Assembly (NCBI RefSeq): GCF_015666175.1
Contig: NZ_JADPIE010000001.1
Coordinates: 105,741-129,740, forward strand
Reading direction: 5' to 3'
DNA: 24,000 nt
Source: Halonatronomonas betaini
Lineage (GTDB): Bacteria > Bacillota > Halanaerobiia > Halanaerobiales > Halarsenatibacteraceae
The notes beneath the pieces were generated by a model. It was not told the origin of the DNA and ran no database searches. It worked only from the letters and a program-made list of their open reading frames with translations. This document shows positions 1-7,816 of the stretch, in pieces. A program made the position numbers and the translations under genes. Within the stretch, counting starts at the first letter, position 1. Every line of letters starts with the position of its first letter.

Positions 1-1
1 G

Positions 2-577
2 ATCACCCGTTATCAGGTTGAAATTATTGGTGAGGCTAACCATTCAGGAACTACACCTATGGGGCTAAGAAAGGATGCCCTGGTAACTGCTGCTAAATTA
101 ATACTTGAGGTTGAGAATATAGCAAGAGAATTAGGTGAGCCCTTCGTGGCTACAATTGGGACCCTGGAAATTAAGCCTGGTGCAGTCAGTATAATCCCAG
201 GAGAAGTTGAATTGATCATTGAGATAAGGGATTTAGATCAGACTAAGATAGATGTCGCAGGTGGGCAGATAACAGATTATCTCAATCAGATCAGCAAGGA
301 CATCCAGATTGAAAGGATTGTCAATAAGACACCAGTAAAAACAGCTCCAGATATAGTTAATATAATTGAAAAAGCGTGCAAGAAGCTTGGAATTTCAGGC
401 CGAAAGATTATAAGTGGAGCCGGCCATGATGCTAAAGAGATTGCAAGGAAGGTTCCCACAGGTATGATATTTGTGCCAAGTATAGCAGGTAAGAGTCACT
501 GCCCTGAAGAAAAAACCAGCTGGGAAGATATTTACCTGGGAACAGAAGTCTTGCTAGAAACTATATTATCTATTTAA
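2..577 (+). CDS. M20-family Zn amidohydrolase (allantoate amidohydrolase / N-carbamoyl-L-amino-acid hydrolase type), C-terminal part; 5' end lies outside the window
   Basis: The frame is open from nt 2 (ITRYQVEIIGEANHSGTTPMGLRKDAL...). The HSGTTPM..R.DAL and SGAGHDA segments are typical of the carbamoylase/allantoate amidohydrolase branch. Stop TAA at 575-577. Confidence 0.8.
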   Translation: MTRYQVEIIGEANHSGTTPMGLRKDALVTAAKLILEVENIARELGEPFVATIGTLEIKPGAVSIIPGEVELIIEIRDLDQTKIDVAGGQITDYLNQISKDIQIERIVNKTPVKTAPDIVNIIEKACKKLGISGRKIISGAGHDAKEIARKVPTGMIFVPSIAGKSHCPEEKTSWEDIYLGTEVLLETILSI

Positions 578-616
578 TTTTTTAGAAACTAACAAATAAA
601 TTATAATTATTAATTC

Positions 617-640
617 AGGCGGCCTCTGGCCGTCTTTTTT
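617..640 (+). terminator. Rho-independent terminator
   Basis: GC-rich hairpin aggcggcc-tct-ggccgtct (617-635, one G:U pair) running into a T tract (635-640), about 40 nt after the stop codon. Confidence 0.8.
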
Positions 641-672
641 AATGGAATAATATAATAAATTTTCTGACTATA

Positions 673-702
673 TTGACATTTAACCATGATTAAATGTATA
701 AT
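673..702 (+). promoter_or_regulatory. Sigma-A type promoter for the adh-ABC-aor operon
   Basis: TTGACA (673-678), 18-nt spacer ending in TG, then TATAAT (697-702). It lies about 45 nt upstream of the ADH start. Confidence 0.65.
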
Positions 703-746
703 TATTTTAGATAGTTAAATAATTAAAGTGAAGGGGAGGGGTTATT

Positions 747-1919
747 TTGCTCGATCTTAGAAAAATTAAAAGTTTTGAGATGCCTACAAAGGTAGTTGCT
801 GGTGCTGGTTCAATAGCAGAACTACCTAAATTTCTGGAAGAAGAGGGAATTAATCGTCCATTAATAGTTACTGATCCAGGAATAAAAGATGCCGGCTTAT
901 TGAAAAAACTAGAGGAAGTACTTAAAAAGGCTGATTATAACTATGCACTCTTTGCTGAAGTCTTTGCCAATCCAGATGTCGAATTAATCGATACAGGTAG
1001 AGACTTTTTTCAGTCAGAAGGTTGTGATGGATTAATTGCTCTAGGAGGCGGCAGCTCTATTGATACAGCTAAGGGTATTGGTGTAATTGTAACCCATGGC
1101 GGTTCTATTCTGGAATATGAGTTTGGCAGAAAGCCTCTAACAGAAAGAATCACGCCGTTGATAGCTATTCCGACAACTGCTGGTACTGGGAGTGAAGTTA
1201 CAATGTGGTCTGTTGTTACTGATCATGACCGACAGGTTAAGTATAATGTTGGTGGTCCACTGATAGCTCCCCATATAGCTCTAATAGACCCGGAACTTCA
1301 TATGTCAATGCCGTCTCATATAACTGCAGGAACTGGAATGGATGCTTTAGCCCATGCAGTTGAATGTTATACTTCCCATTATGCTCAACCGATGACAGAT
1401 TCAGTCGCTCTTTTAGCCATAGAGTATTGCGGTGAATATTTAAGAAGAGCAGTTGCTAATTCATCTGATCTTGAGGCCAGATATTACATGGCACAGGCAG
1501 CTATGTTAGCTGGACTTTCATATGGCAGTGAAAGTGCAGGTGCTGTCCATGCAATGACACAGAGTCTGGGAGGCATTAAGCCAGATATACCTCATGGAGC
1601 AGCCGTTGGAACTTTATTGGCTCCAGTCATGGAATATAATTGGCTTGGTTATCCAGAAAAGTTTAAGCGAATAGCTATAGCATTAGGAGAAGATGTCTGG
1701 AATTTAACTGATCGGGAAGCAGCTCTGGTTTCAGTTCAGGCTGTAAAAGAACTTGCTTATGATATTAATATTCCAACTCTTAAAGAACTTGGAGTTAAAG
1801 AAAGTGAGATTCCAAAACTGGCAGTTGCAGCTGAAGAAGATCCACAAACAATCGGTAATCCTAGAGATATCGATCGCAATTCTTATGAAGAGATATATTA
1901 CAATGCTTTTAATCAATAA
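747..1919 (+). CDS. Iron-containing (group III) alcohol dehydrogenase
   Basis: 390 aa. GGGSSIDTAKG nucleotide/metal region and conserved His segments (DALAHAVE, AVHAMTQSLGG, PHGAAVG). TTG start 7 nt after the GGAGGGG Shine-Dalgarno (SD) sequence. An in-frame ATG at 780 is an alternative start. Confidence 0.9.
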   Translation: MLDLRKIKSFEMPTKVVAGAGSIAELPKFLEEEGINRPLIVTDPGIKDAGLLKKLEEVLKKADYNYALFAEVFANPDVELIDTGRDFFQSEGCDGLIALGGGSSIDTAKGIGVIVTHGGSILEYEFGRKPLTERITPLIAIPTTAGTGSEVTMWSVVTDHDRQVKYNVGGPLIAPHIALIDPELHMSMPSHITAGTGMDALAHAVECYTSHYAQPMTDSVALLAIEYCGEYLRRAVANSSDLEARYYMAQAAMLAGLSYGSESAGAVHAMTQSLGGIKPDIPHGAAVGTLLAPVMEYNWLGYPEKFKRIAIALGEDVWNLTDREAALVSVQAVKELAYDINIPTLKELGVKESEIPKLAVAAEEDPQTIGNPRDIDRNSYEEIYYNAFNQ

Positions 1920-1942
1920 TATAAATTAAGGAGATATTGCTT

Positions 1943-2857
1943 ATGGCAGATACTAATAGTTCAAACAAGTTATCTATTTGGGATAAAATGAAAAATGAGA
2001 AAATCACAGCTTTCTTTTTCTGCTTGCCAGCATTAATACCTTTAATTGTTTTCTGGATAGGACCAATGATATTTGCTTTTTATTTAAGTATGACAAACTG
2101 GGATCTTATGATGCCTGTTTATGATATGGTTGGTCTTGAAAATTATCAGGATCTTTTCACAGATCCCAGGTTTTATGATACCCTCTGGAATACCCTTTAT
2201 TTTACTGTTGGTTCTGTTATACCGGCTGTTTTAGGAGGTCTTCTCTTAGCTGTTTTGCTTAAAGGAAAAGTTATCGCTAAGACTTTTCATAGAACCCTTT
2301 TATTTTCTCCCTGGGTAACACCACTTGTTGCGATGGCTATAGTCTGGTCCTGGCTCTTTAATCCTAGAAGAGGGCTGATTAATTTCATTTTGGTTTCTTT
2401 AAATTTTCCAGCTCTGCCCTGGGCTTCTAGTTCTACCTGGGCTATGCCAGTTGTAATTATTGTAAGTGTCTGGCGTACATTAGGCTGGGCTATGGTTTTC
2501 TACCTGGTAGCACTGGATAAAATCCCAGAGACAATTTATGATGCCGCTAAAATAGATGGAGCAACTTTTTGGAAAAAGCTGAGATATATAACCCTACCAC
2601 TTGTTTCTCCAACAACCTTATTTTTATCAGTAGTTCTCACAGTTGAAGCTTTAAGGGCTTTTGATCAGATTGATATAATAACTCAGGGTGGTCCAGCAGG
2701 AGCTACCAGAACATTGCTCTATCATTATTATCAATCTGCATTTCAAAGATTTAATGCTGGTGAGGCAGCTGCAATTGGAATAGTTATCCTCCTTATCTCA
2801 GGAGTTTTTGCAATCGCTCAGTTTATAATTTCTAAAAAGTTTGTTCACTATCAGTAA
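1943..2857 (+). CDS. CUT1-family sugar/polyol ABC transporter permease (MalF/UgpA type)
   Basis: Multi-TM protein with the EAA-loop region (YDAAKIDGATFWKKLRYITLPL). ATG 1943 sits 9 nt after AAGGAG (1928-1933). The ORF-track TTG at 1937 is only 3 nt from the SD, so it is less likely. Confidence 0.88.
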   Translation: MADTNSSNKLSIWDKMKNEKITAFFFCLPALIPLIVFWIGPMIFAFYLSMTNWDLMMPVYDMVGLENYQDLFTDPRFYDTLWNTLYFTVGSVIPAVLGGLLLAVLLKGKVIAKTFHRTLLFSPWVTPLVAMAIVWSWLFNPRRGLINFILVSLNFPALPWASSSTWAMPVVIIVSVWRTLGWAMVFYLVALDKIPETIYDAAKIDGATFWKKLRYITLPLVSPTTLFLSVVLTVEALRAFDQIDIITQGGPAGATRTLLYHYYQSAFQRFNAGEAAAIGIVILLISGVFAIAQFIISKKFVHYQ

Positions 2858-2886
2858 TTAGATTTAGAAAGAAGGTGATAATATAA

Positions 2887-3747
2887 ATGGAAATAGACTC
2901 AAGAAAAAATTATAAATTAAAGGAAAGAATATCTAAAATAACATTAAACTTATTTATAGCAATAATGAGCTTTCTTATGGTATTTCCTTTTTTCTGGATG
3001 TTCACAAGCGCTTTGAAAACCCATGATGAAATCAGAGCTTTTCCACCATCAATATTTCCAGAAACAGCTCAGTGGGGTAATTTTTTAGAAGCCTGGCAGG
3101 CTGCGCCATTTAATTTATATATTTTCAATAGTTTCTTTACAGCATCAGCAATAGTTGCACTCCATGTCATTACGACCGCATTTTTTGCATATGCAATTAC
3201 ACAGCTGGAATTTAGATTCAGAAAAATATTATTTGGAATTGTAATGGCGACTTATATGTTACCGGTGCCGGTAACATATGTACCCAGTTATATTATCCTT
3301 TCAAGGCTTGGCTGGCTTGATAGTTATCAGGGGATTATTTTTTCTAATGCTGTTAGTGTGTTTGCAATTTTTCTGGCAAGACAGTCTTTTTTACAGGTGC
3401 CTGATGAACTGGTAGATGCTGCTAAGGTTGATGGTGCAAGTCATTGGACAATACTCTGGAAAGTATTTTTTCCACTTACAAAGCCAATCTTTATTACCTT
3501 TGGTCTGATTAATTTTGTGCTGATGTATAATAATTATCTCTGGCCATTGTTGATTATTAGAAGTCGTGAGCTCTATTTAATTACTATTGGTTTGCGTCAG
3601 TTCTTTATTGAACAGGGAGCCTATGGTGTTAACTGGCCGTTGATAATGGCAGCCAGTACGATTGTTGTTACTCCACTTTTAATACTTTTCTTTATTACTC
3701 AGAAATGGTTTGTTAAAGGCGTTGGCGGCTCAGGAATTAAAGGTTAA
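2887..3747 (+). CDS. CUT1-family sugar/polyol ABC transporter permease (MalG/UgpE type)
   Basis: 286 aa and multi-TM. EAA loop VDAAKVDGASHWTILWKVFFPL. SD GAAGGTGA lies upstream. Confidence 0.88.
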   Translation: MEIDSRKNYKLKERISKITLNLFIAIMSFLMVFPFFWMFTSALKTHDEIRAFPPSIFPETAQWGNFLEAWQAAPFNLYIFNSFFTASAIVALHVITTAFFAYAITQLEFRFRKILFGIVMATYMLPVPVTYVPSYIILSRLGWLDSYQGIIFSNAVSVFAIFLARQSFLQVPDELVDAAKVDGASHWTILWKVFFPLTKPIFITFGLINFVLMYNNYLWPLLIIRSRELYLITIGLRQFFIEQGAYGVNWPLIMAASTIVVTPLLILFFITQKWFVKGVGGSGIKG

Positions 3748-3795
3748 ATCTATTGACCTGGACTTAGAATTTAGACTTTTTAAAAGGAGGCTAAA

Positions 3796-5076
3796 ATGTT
3801 TAAAAAATTATTAAGAACAGGTTTAGTTGGTATTCTGGCATTCGCACTGGTTATAGGTCTTTCATTTAATCTTCAGGCTGATGTTGTAGAAATAGATTAC
3901 TATTACGGGCTTGGCGGATATCTTGGAGAAGTTACAGAAGAGATGATAGAAGAATTTAATGAGGCCAATCCAGATATTCATGTTAGAGGAATAACCTATG
4001 GTGATTTTGATGAGGCACTTCAGGCTTTTCAGGCTGGTGTCGCCGCTGGAGACCCTCCTGCAGCAGTAATGCTTGAACCTACCCCTACTGTTGAATTTGC
4101 TGGTCGAGGTATATTGGCTTCTGTAAGTGATTTATTAGCTGCCGATGAGGATACTGACGCTGATGATTATTATGAAGCTTTCTTTGAAATGTCAATGATT
4201 GATGGAGAACAGTATGCTATTCCATTATTCGGTACTACCCAGGTACTTTATTATCGCCATGACCTTTTTGAAGAAGAAGGTGTAGATCCTGAAATGTTAG
4301 AAACCTGGGAAGGTATGGAAGAGGCGGCCAGAATTTTAGCAGCCAGGGATGATGTTCAGTATGGCTGGATGCCAATGTGGGGGCGCTATAATATGATGGA
4401 TGCGGCCTTTGCCCGTGGCGGACAGATGATCAGTGATGATGGCACAGAAGTTTTAATTGACAGCGAAGAATGGGTTGAGACCTGGGAGGCATTTAGAAGG
4501 TGGATCCATGATGATGAAATTATGGGTATCCATCACAGTGGTGTCGGCTGGGAATACTGGTATGACACAATTGATGATGTTTTAGAAGGTAATGCTGCTG
4601 GTTATACTGGTTCCAGTGGTGATCAGGGAGACCTTGATTTTGATATTGTTTCCGCAGCAATTCAGCCTGGCTGGGAAGGCTATGGAGATCCTGCCCCAGT
4701 TGGTGAAGCTAGATATGGCGTTATCCCTGCAAATATCAGTGAAGAAAAGCAAGAAGCCGCTTATCGCTGGTTAACATTCTTCTCAAGTCCGGAAAAGACT
4801 GCTGAATGGAATATGCGGACAGGTTATTTAGCTGTAAGGGACTCAGCCCAGGACATTCCTGAGTTTGCCGAATTTTTAGAGGATAATCCACAGGCAAGGG
4901 TTCCACTGGATCAATTAGAAGTTGCCTCACCTTACTTTATTGATCCAACTGGTGGAGATATAGAGCAGGCCCTGGATGATGCAGCAGATGCTGTTCAGAT
5001 TGAAAATGTTCCTGCAGAAGAAGCCCTTCAAGAGGCTAAAGAGAGAGCACAAAGAGCACTTGACCGGTTAAATTAA
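3796..5076 (+). CDS. Extracellular solute-binding protein, family 1 (CUT1 ABC transporter substrate-binding component)
   Basis: 426 aa. N-terminal signal peptide (MFKKLLRTGLVGILAFALVIGLSFNLQA|D) without a lipobox Cys. Very D/E-rich mature protein. SD AAAGGAGG lies 7 nt upstream. Confidence 0.85.
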   Translation: MFKKLLRTGLVGILAFALVIGLSFNLQADVVEIDYYYGLGGYLGEVTEEMIEEFNEANPDIHVRGITYGDFDEALQAFQAGVAAGDPPAAVMLEPTPTVEFAGRGILASVSDLLAADEDTDADDYYEAFFEMSMIDGEQYAIPLFGTTQVLYYRHDLFEEEGVDPEMLETWEGMEEAARILAARDDVQYGWMPMWGRYNMMDAAFARGGQMISDDGTEVLIDSEEWVETWEAFRRWIHDDEIMGIHHSGVGWEYWYDTIDDVLEGNAAGYTGSSGDQGDLDFDIVSAAIQPGWEGYGDPAPVGEARYGVIPANISEEKQEAAYRWLTFFSSPEKTAEWNMRTGYLAVRDSAQDIPEFAEFLEDNPQARVPLDQLEVASPYFIDPTGGDIEQALDDAADAVQIENVPAEEALQEAKERAQRALDRLN

Positions 5077-5102
5077 TTTCTTCAGATTAATTATTTAGCT
5101 TT

Positions 5103-5125
5103 TAGATAATATCTATAGATAATAT
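5103..5125. repeat. Tandem direct repeat TAGATAATAT-cta-TAGATAATAT in the SBP/ferredoxin intergenic region
   Basis: Exact 10-nt repeat at 5103-5112 and 5116-5125. Each copy contains a -10-like GATAAT. Function is unknown (internal promoter or operator candidate). Confidence 0.5.
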
Positions 5126-5168
5126 TTCATCAACACCAAATAAAAATTATCTTGTTGGAGGAATTGAA

Positions 5169-5576
5169 ATGAAAAGGATAGTGGCAGATTTTGACCTCTG
5201 TACTGGCTGTGAGACCTGTGCTTTAGTCTGCTCCTTTACCAGGTTAGGAGGATTTAATCCTGATAGATCCTGCATTGACTTGAATCTATTTGCAGATGGA
5301 GTCTTTAATTTTCCAGAGATCTGTCATCAATGCAGCAGAGCTGTATGCAGTCAGGTCTGCCCTACAGGGGCAATGCAGGTTGATAGAGAAGCTGGTGTTG
5401 TTAGGGTAGATCAGGTTAGCTGTATAGCCTGTGGTCAGTGCGAAGAGGCCTGCCCTGTTGATATGGTTAAGGTAGACAAAAATCTTAACTATGCCCTAAA
5501 ATGTGAGCTCTGCCAGGGTGAGGTTCCCTGTGTTAAAGCCTGCCCTGCAGATGCTCTGGGGGTGTATAGCAGATGA
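5169..5576 (+). CDS. 4Fe-4S polyferredoxin, electron-transfer subunit of AOR (AorA-like)
   Basis: 135 aa with four Cys clusters: CTGCETCALVC, CHQCSRAVCSQVCP, CIACGQCEEACP and CELCQGEVPCVKACP. The stop overlaps the AOR start (ATGA at 5573-5576). Confidence 0.9.
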   Translation: MKRIVADFDLCTGCETCALVCSFTRLGGFNPDRSCIDLNLFADGVFNFPEICHQCSRAVCSQVCPTGAMQVDREAGVVRVDQVSCIACGQCEEACPVDMVKVDKNLNYALKCELCQGEVPCVKACPADALGVYSR

Positions 5577-7372
5577 AATATGGCAGTTATATGGGACGCT
5601 TCTTGGAGATTGATTTAACATTTAATGCTACAAAAGAAATTGAGCTTGATGATCAGTTGATAGAAGAATATGTTGGCGGGAAGGGCTTTGGTGTAAAGCT
5701 TTATCAGGATTATATTGATGATTCAGTGGGGCCGCTAAGTCCTGATAATGTTCTTTTCTTTCTGACCGGTCCACTTACTGGAACATTTGCTCCAGCTATG
5801 CGTTCAGTTGTTGTGACTAGATCGCCGTTGACAGGTGGCTGGCTCGATTCCTATTTTGGCGGTTATTTTGGTCAGGCTATTAAATATGCTGGCTATGATG
5901 GTCTGATAATTAAGGGAAAGGCAGATCATTTATCATATTTAGTAATAGATAATGGGAAAGTAGAGGTCAAATCTGGTATAAAATTAAAAAATCTTTCAAC
6001 TTCTGAGACTGCTGCTAGAGTTAAAGAACTACATGGCGGTAATTACAGAGTTGCTACCATTGGTCCGGCCGGTGAAGAACTGGTTAAATATAGTCTAATT
6101 TCCTGTGAGAATAACCGTCAGGCTGGTCGTGGTGGTGCCGGGGCTGTGATGGGTAGCAAGAATCTTAAAGCTATAGCAGTAAAAGGCGATTATTTGATTG
6201 AAGTGGCTGACAGGTCTAAGTTTGTTGAAGCTGTAGATAAAGCCAGGCAGGAACTTGATGAATCTGCTGATATCGATAATTTCCGTGAGAATGGGACACC
6301 ATCATCTATTCCCTTTGCCAATGAAATTGGAATGCTGCCAGCATGTAATTATAATAAAGGACAATTTTCTGAAGCTGAAAACCTTGAAACAGAGCCACAA
6401 TCAGAGCTTTTCTGGAATAGAGATTTAGCCTGTAGTGGTTGCCCGATTGCCTGTGGCAAAATTGGTAGAATTCGCCATGGCAAGTATAGTGGCATGCTGA
6501 CAGATACTGTAGAATACGAGACTCTGGGTCTATTAGGTTCAAATCTGGGGCTTGGTGATATCCGTGAAGTCACTAAACTGGCCAATCTTTGTGATGAATT
6601 AGGCCTTGATACAATTTCAGCTGGTGGTGCAATCGGTTTTTTGATTGAAGCAATAGATAGAAATCTTTATTCTGATCCTGAACTTGGAAGCCTGGATTTT
6701 GGTAAAGCTGAAGCAATCAGAGAAATGATTAAGCTAATAGCCTTTAGAAAAGGTCGGACGGCAGGCTTACTGGCAGAAGGTGTTGAAGAATTTTCTGATA
6801 AGATTGTTGGTGGCAATAAATTTGCTATTCATATTAAAGGCCTTGAGACACCGGCCTGGCCGCCCCGGGGAGCACCAGGGATGGGGCTGGCTTTAATGAC
6901 AGCAGATAGAGGGGGCTGTCACCAGCGTTCATTTCCTGTATCTCATGAAGTTGGTGGTCTGGAATGGCAGGGCAAGAAGCTGGAGCGGCTTTCGACTGAT
7001 GGCAAGGCCAGTTTGGTTGTTTACCAGCAGAACAAGCTGGCGGCCCTTGATACTCTGGTTAAATGTGATTTTGGCACCTATGGCATCAGCGAGGAAAGTT
7101 ATAAGTTGATGCTGGAGGCTGCTACCGATCTTGAATTGTCCGGCGATAATCCCTGGCAGGAGCTTGGTTCTAAAATCTGGGATGAAACCAGAAAGATAAA
7201 TATAATGCACGGCTTCGATAAGGAAGATGATACATTGCCAGCCCGGTTTATGGAAGAACCATTGCCTGATGGCCCGGTTGAAGGTCATATGATTACTGAG
7301 GAAGATCGGGAAGAAATGCTGACTGAATATTACAGGCTGAGAGGCTGGAACTCTGATGGTGAAGTAAATTAA
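5573..7372 (+). CDS. aor: Aldehyde:ferredoxin oxidoreductase, tungsten/pterin AOR family
   Basis: 599 aa. N-terminal AOR domain (GRFLEIDLT...GGKGFG). Fe-S ligand motif CSGCPIAC plus a later GGCHQRS. Pterin-binding DELGLDTISAGG. Confidence 0.92.
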   Translation: MKYGSYMGRFLEIDLTFNATKEIELDDQLIEEYVGGKGFGVKLYQDYIDDSVGPLSPDNVLFFLTGPLTGTFAPAMRSVVVTRSPLTGGWLDSYFGGYFGQAIKYAGYDGLIIKGKADHLSYLVIDNGKVEVKSGIKLKNLSTSETAARVKELHGGNYRVATIGPAGEELVKYSLISCENNRQAGRGGAGAVMGSKNLKAIAVKGDYLIEVADRSKFVEAVDKARQELDESADIDNFRENGTPSSIPFANEIGMLPACNYNKGQFSEAENLETEPQSELFWNRDLACSGCPIACGKIGRIRHGKYSGMLTDTVEYETLGLLGSNLGLGDIREVTKLANLCDELGLDTISAGGAIGFLIEAIDRNLYSDPELGSLDFGKAEAIREMIKLIAFRKGRTAGLLAEGVEEFSDKIVGGNKFAIHIKGLETPAWPPRGAPGMGLALMTADRGGCHQRSFPVSHEVGGLEWQGKKLERLSTDGKASLVVYQQNKLAALDTLVKCDFGTYGISEESYKLMLEAATDLELSGDNPWQELGSKIWDETRKINIMHGFDKEDDTLPARFMEEPLPDGPVEGHMITEEDREEMLTEYYRLRGWNSDGEVN

Positions 7373-7385
7373 TATAATGATTAGC

Positions 7386-7411
7386 AAGGCGGCTTCTGGC
7401 CGCCTTTTTTT
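7386..7411 (+). terminator. Rho-independent terminator
   Basis: Hairpin aaggcggc(t)-tct-(g)gccgcctt (7386-7406) followed by a T run to 7411, 14 nt after the aor stop. Confidence 0.85.
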
Positions 7412-7482
7412 ATGTGATAAATTAATATTTTTTGGAAAGGTCAAGGAAAGACTAACCCGGGTTGGATTTACCATATTTTAGT

Positions 7483-7511
7483 TTGTAAAAGTCTGAAAAT
7501 TATATTATAAT
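7483..7511 (+). promoter_or_regulatory. Candidate sigma-A promoter upstream of the TVP38 gene string
   Basis: TTGTAA (7483-7488), 17-nt spacer, then TATAAT (7506-7511). Confidence 0.4.
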
Positions 7512-7541
7512 TAACACAGATTTTAAAAATCTGTGTTAATT
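7509..7541. repeat. 33-nt near-perfect palindrome (aattaacacagattt-a-aaatctgtgttaatt)
   Basis: The 13-nt arms 7509-7521 and 7529-7541 are perfectly complementary, and the inner ttt/aaa also pairs. The palindrome overlaps the candidate -10. No T tract follows. Confidence 0.6.
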
Positions 7542-7561
7542 TATGTGGGAGTTGTAATTGA

Positions 7562-7753
7562 GATATAATAGGGTTTCGGGCAGAACTTAATAAATTGCCT
7601 AGAGCAGCTCATCTTACATTTCCTTTTGGTAGTCTGATTGGTGAACCTGACAATGAAATGCAACAGATAGAGGTTATAAAAGCAGCTTTAAAGCTGATAG
7701 AGACAGCTAAAAAGCCTGGAACAATTGTAGATTTACCTTTCAAATGGCGGTAA
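7562..7753 (+). pseudogene. Possible gene remnant (63 sense codons without a credible start)
   Basis: Open frame DIIGFRAELNKLPRAAHLTFPFGSLIGEPDNEMQQIEVIKAALKLIETAKKPGTIVDLPFKWR* bounded by TGA 7559 and TAA 7751. There is no ATG/GTG with an SD. The composition looks protein-like. Confidence 0.25.
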
Positions 7754-7816
7754 AACTGGATTACAAGAGATGAAGGTATGTACAATAAATCCAGGCAGTC
7801 TTAAAAATTAGGGGAT

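Noticed and set aside
1937-1942. ORF-track starts at TTG 1937, TTG 8524, GTG 11119 and GTG 11774.
   Set aside because: For the first three, a downstream in-frame start (ATG 1943, GTG 8533, TTG 11143) has proper 7-9 nt spacing from a clear SD, whereas the upstream codon abuts the SD or lies within the preceding gene. ATG 11783 has no clear SD and is preferred because it gives the MK… N-terminus typical of Rrf2 proteins. The confidence difference is modest.
617-7411. The two terminators (617-640 and 7386-7411) share aggcggc-tct-ggccg-c-tttttt and could be copies of a repeat element.
   Set aside because: The similarity is confined to a short GC-rich stem and a T tract, which is what intrinsic terminators look like. 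No extended flanking similarity was seen.
6929-7474. 181-aa minus-strand ORF overlapping the 3' end of aor and the terminator region. Also the other antisense or embedded ORFs: 13-219(-), 1731-1916(-), 4592-4774(+), 4736-4930(-), 6306-6542(-), 6349-6585(-), 10189-10377(-), 13482-13691(-), 16304-16504(-), 16441-16671(-), 17908-18099(-), 21169-21735(-), 21962-22159(-) and 22501-22698(-).
   Set aside because: Each lies inside or opposite a + strand gene with strong family signatures. They have low-complexity or odd composition, no SD and no recognisable motifs. They are typical shadow ORFs.
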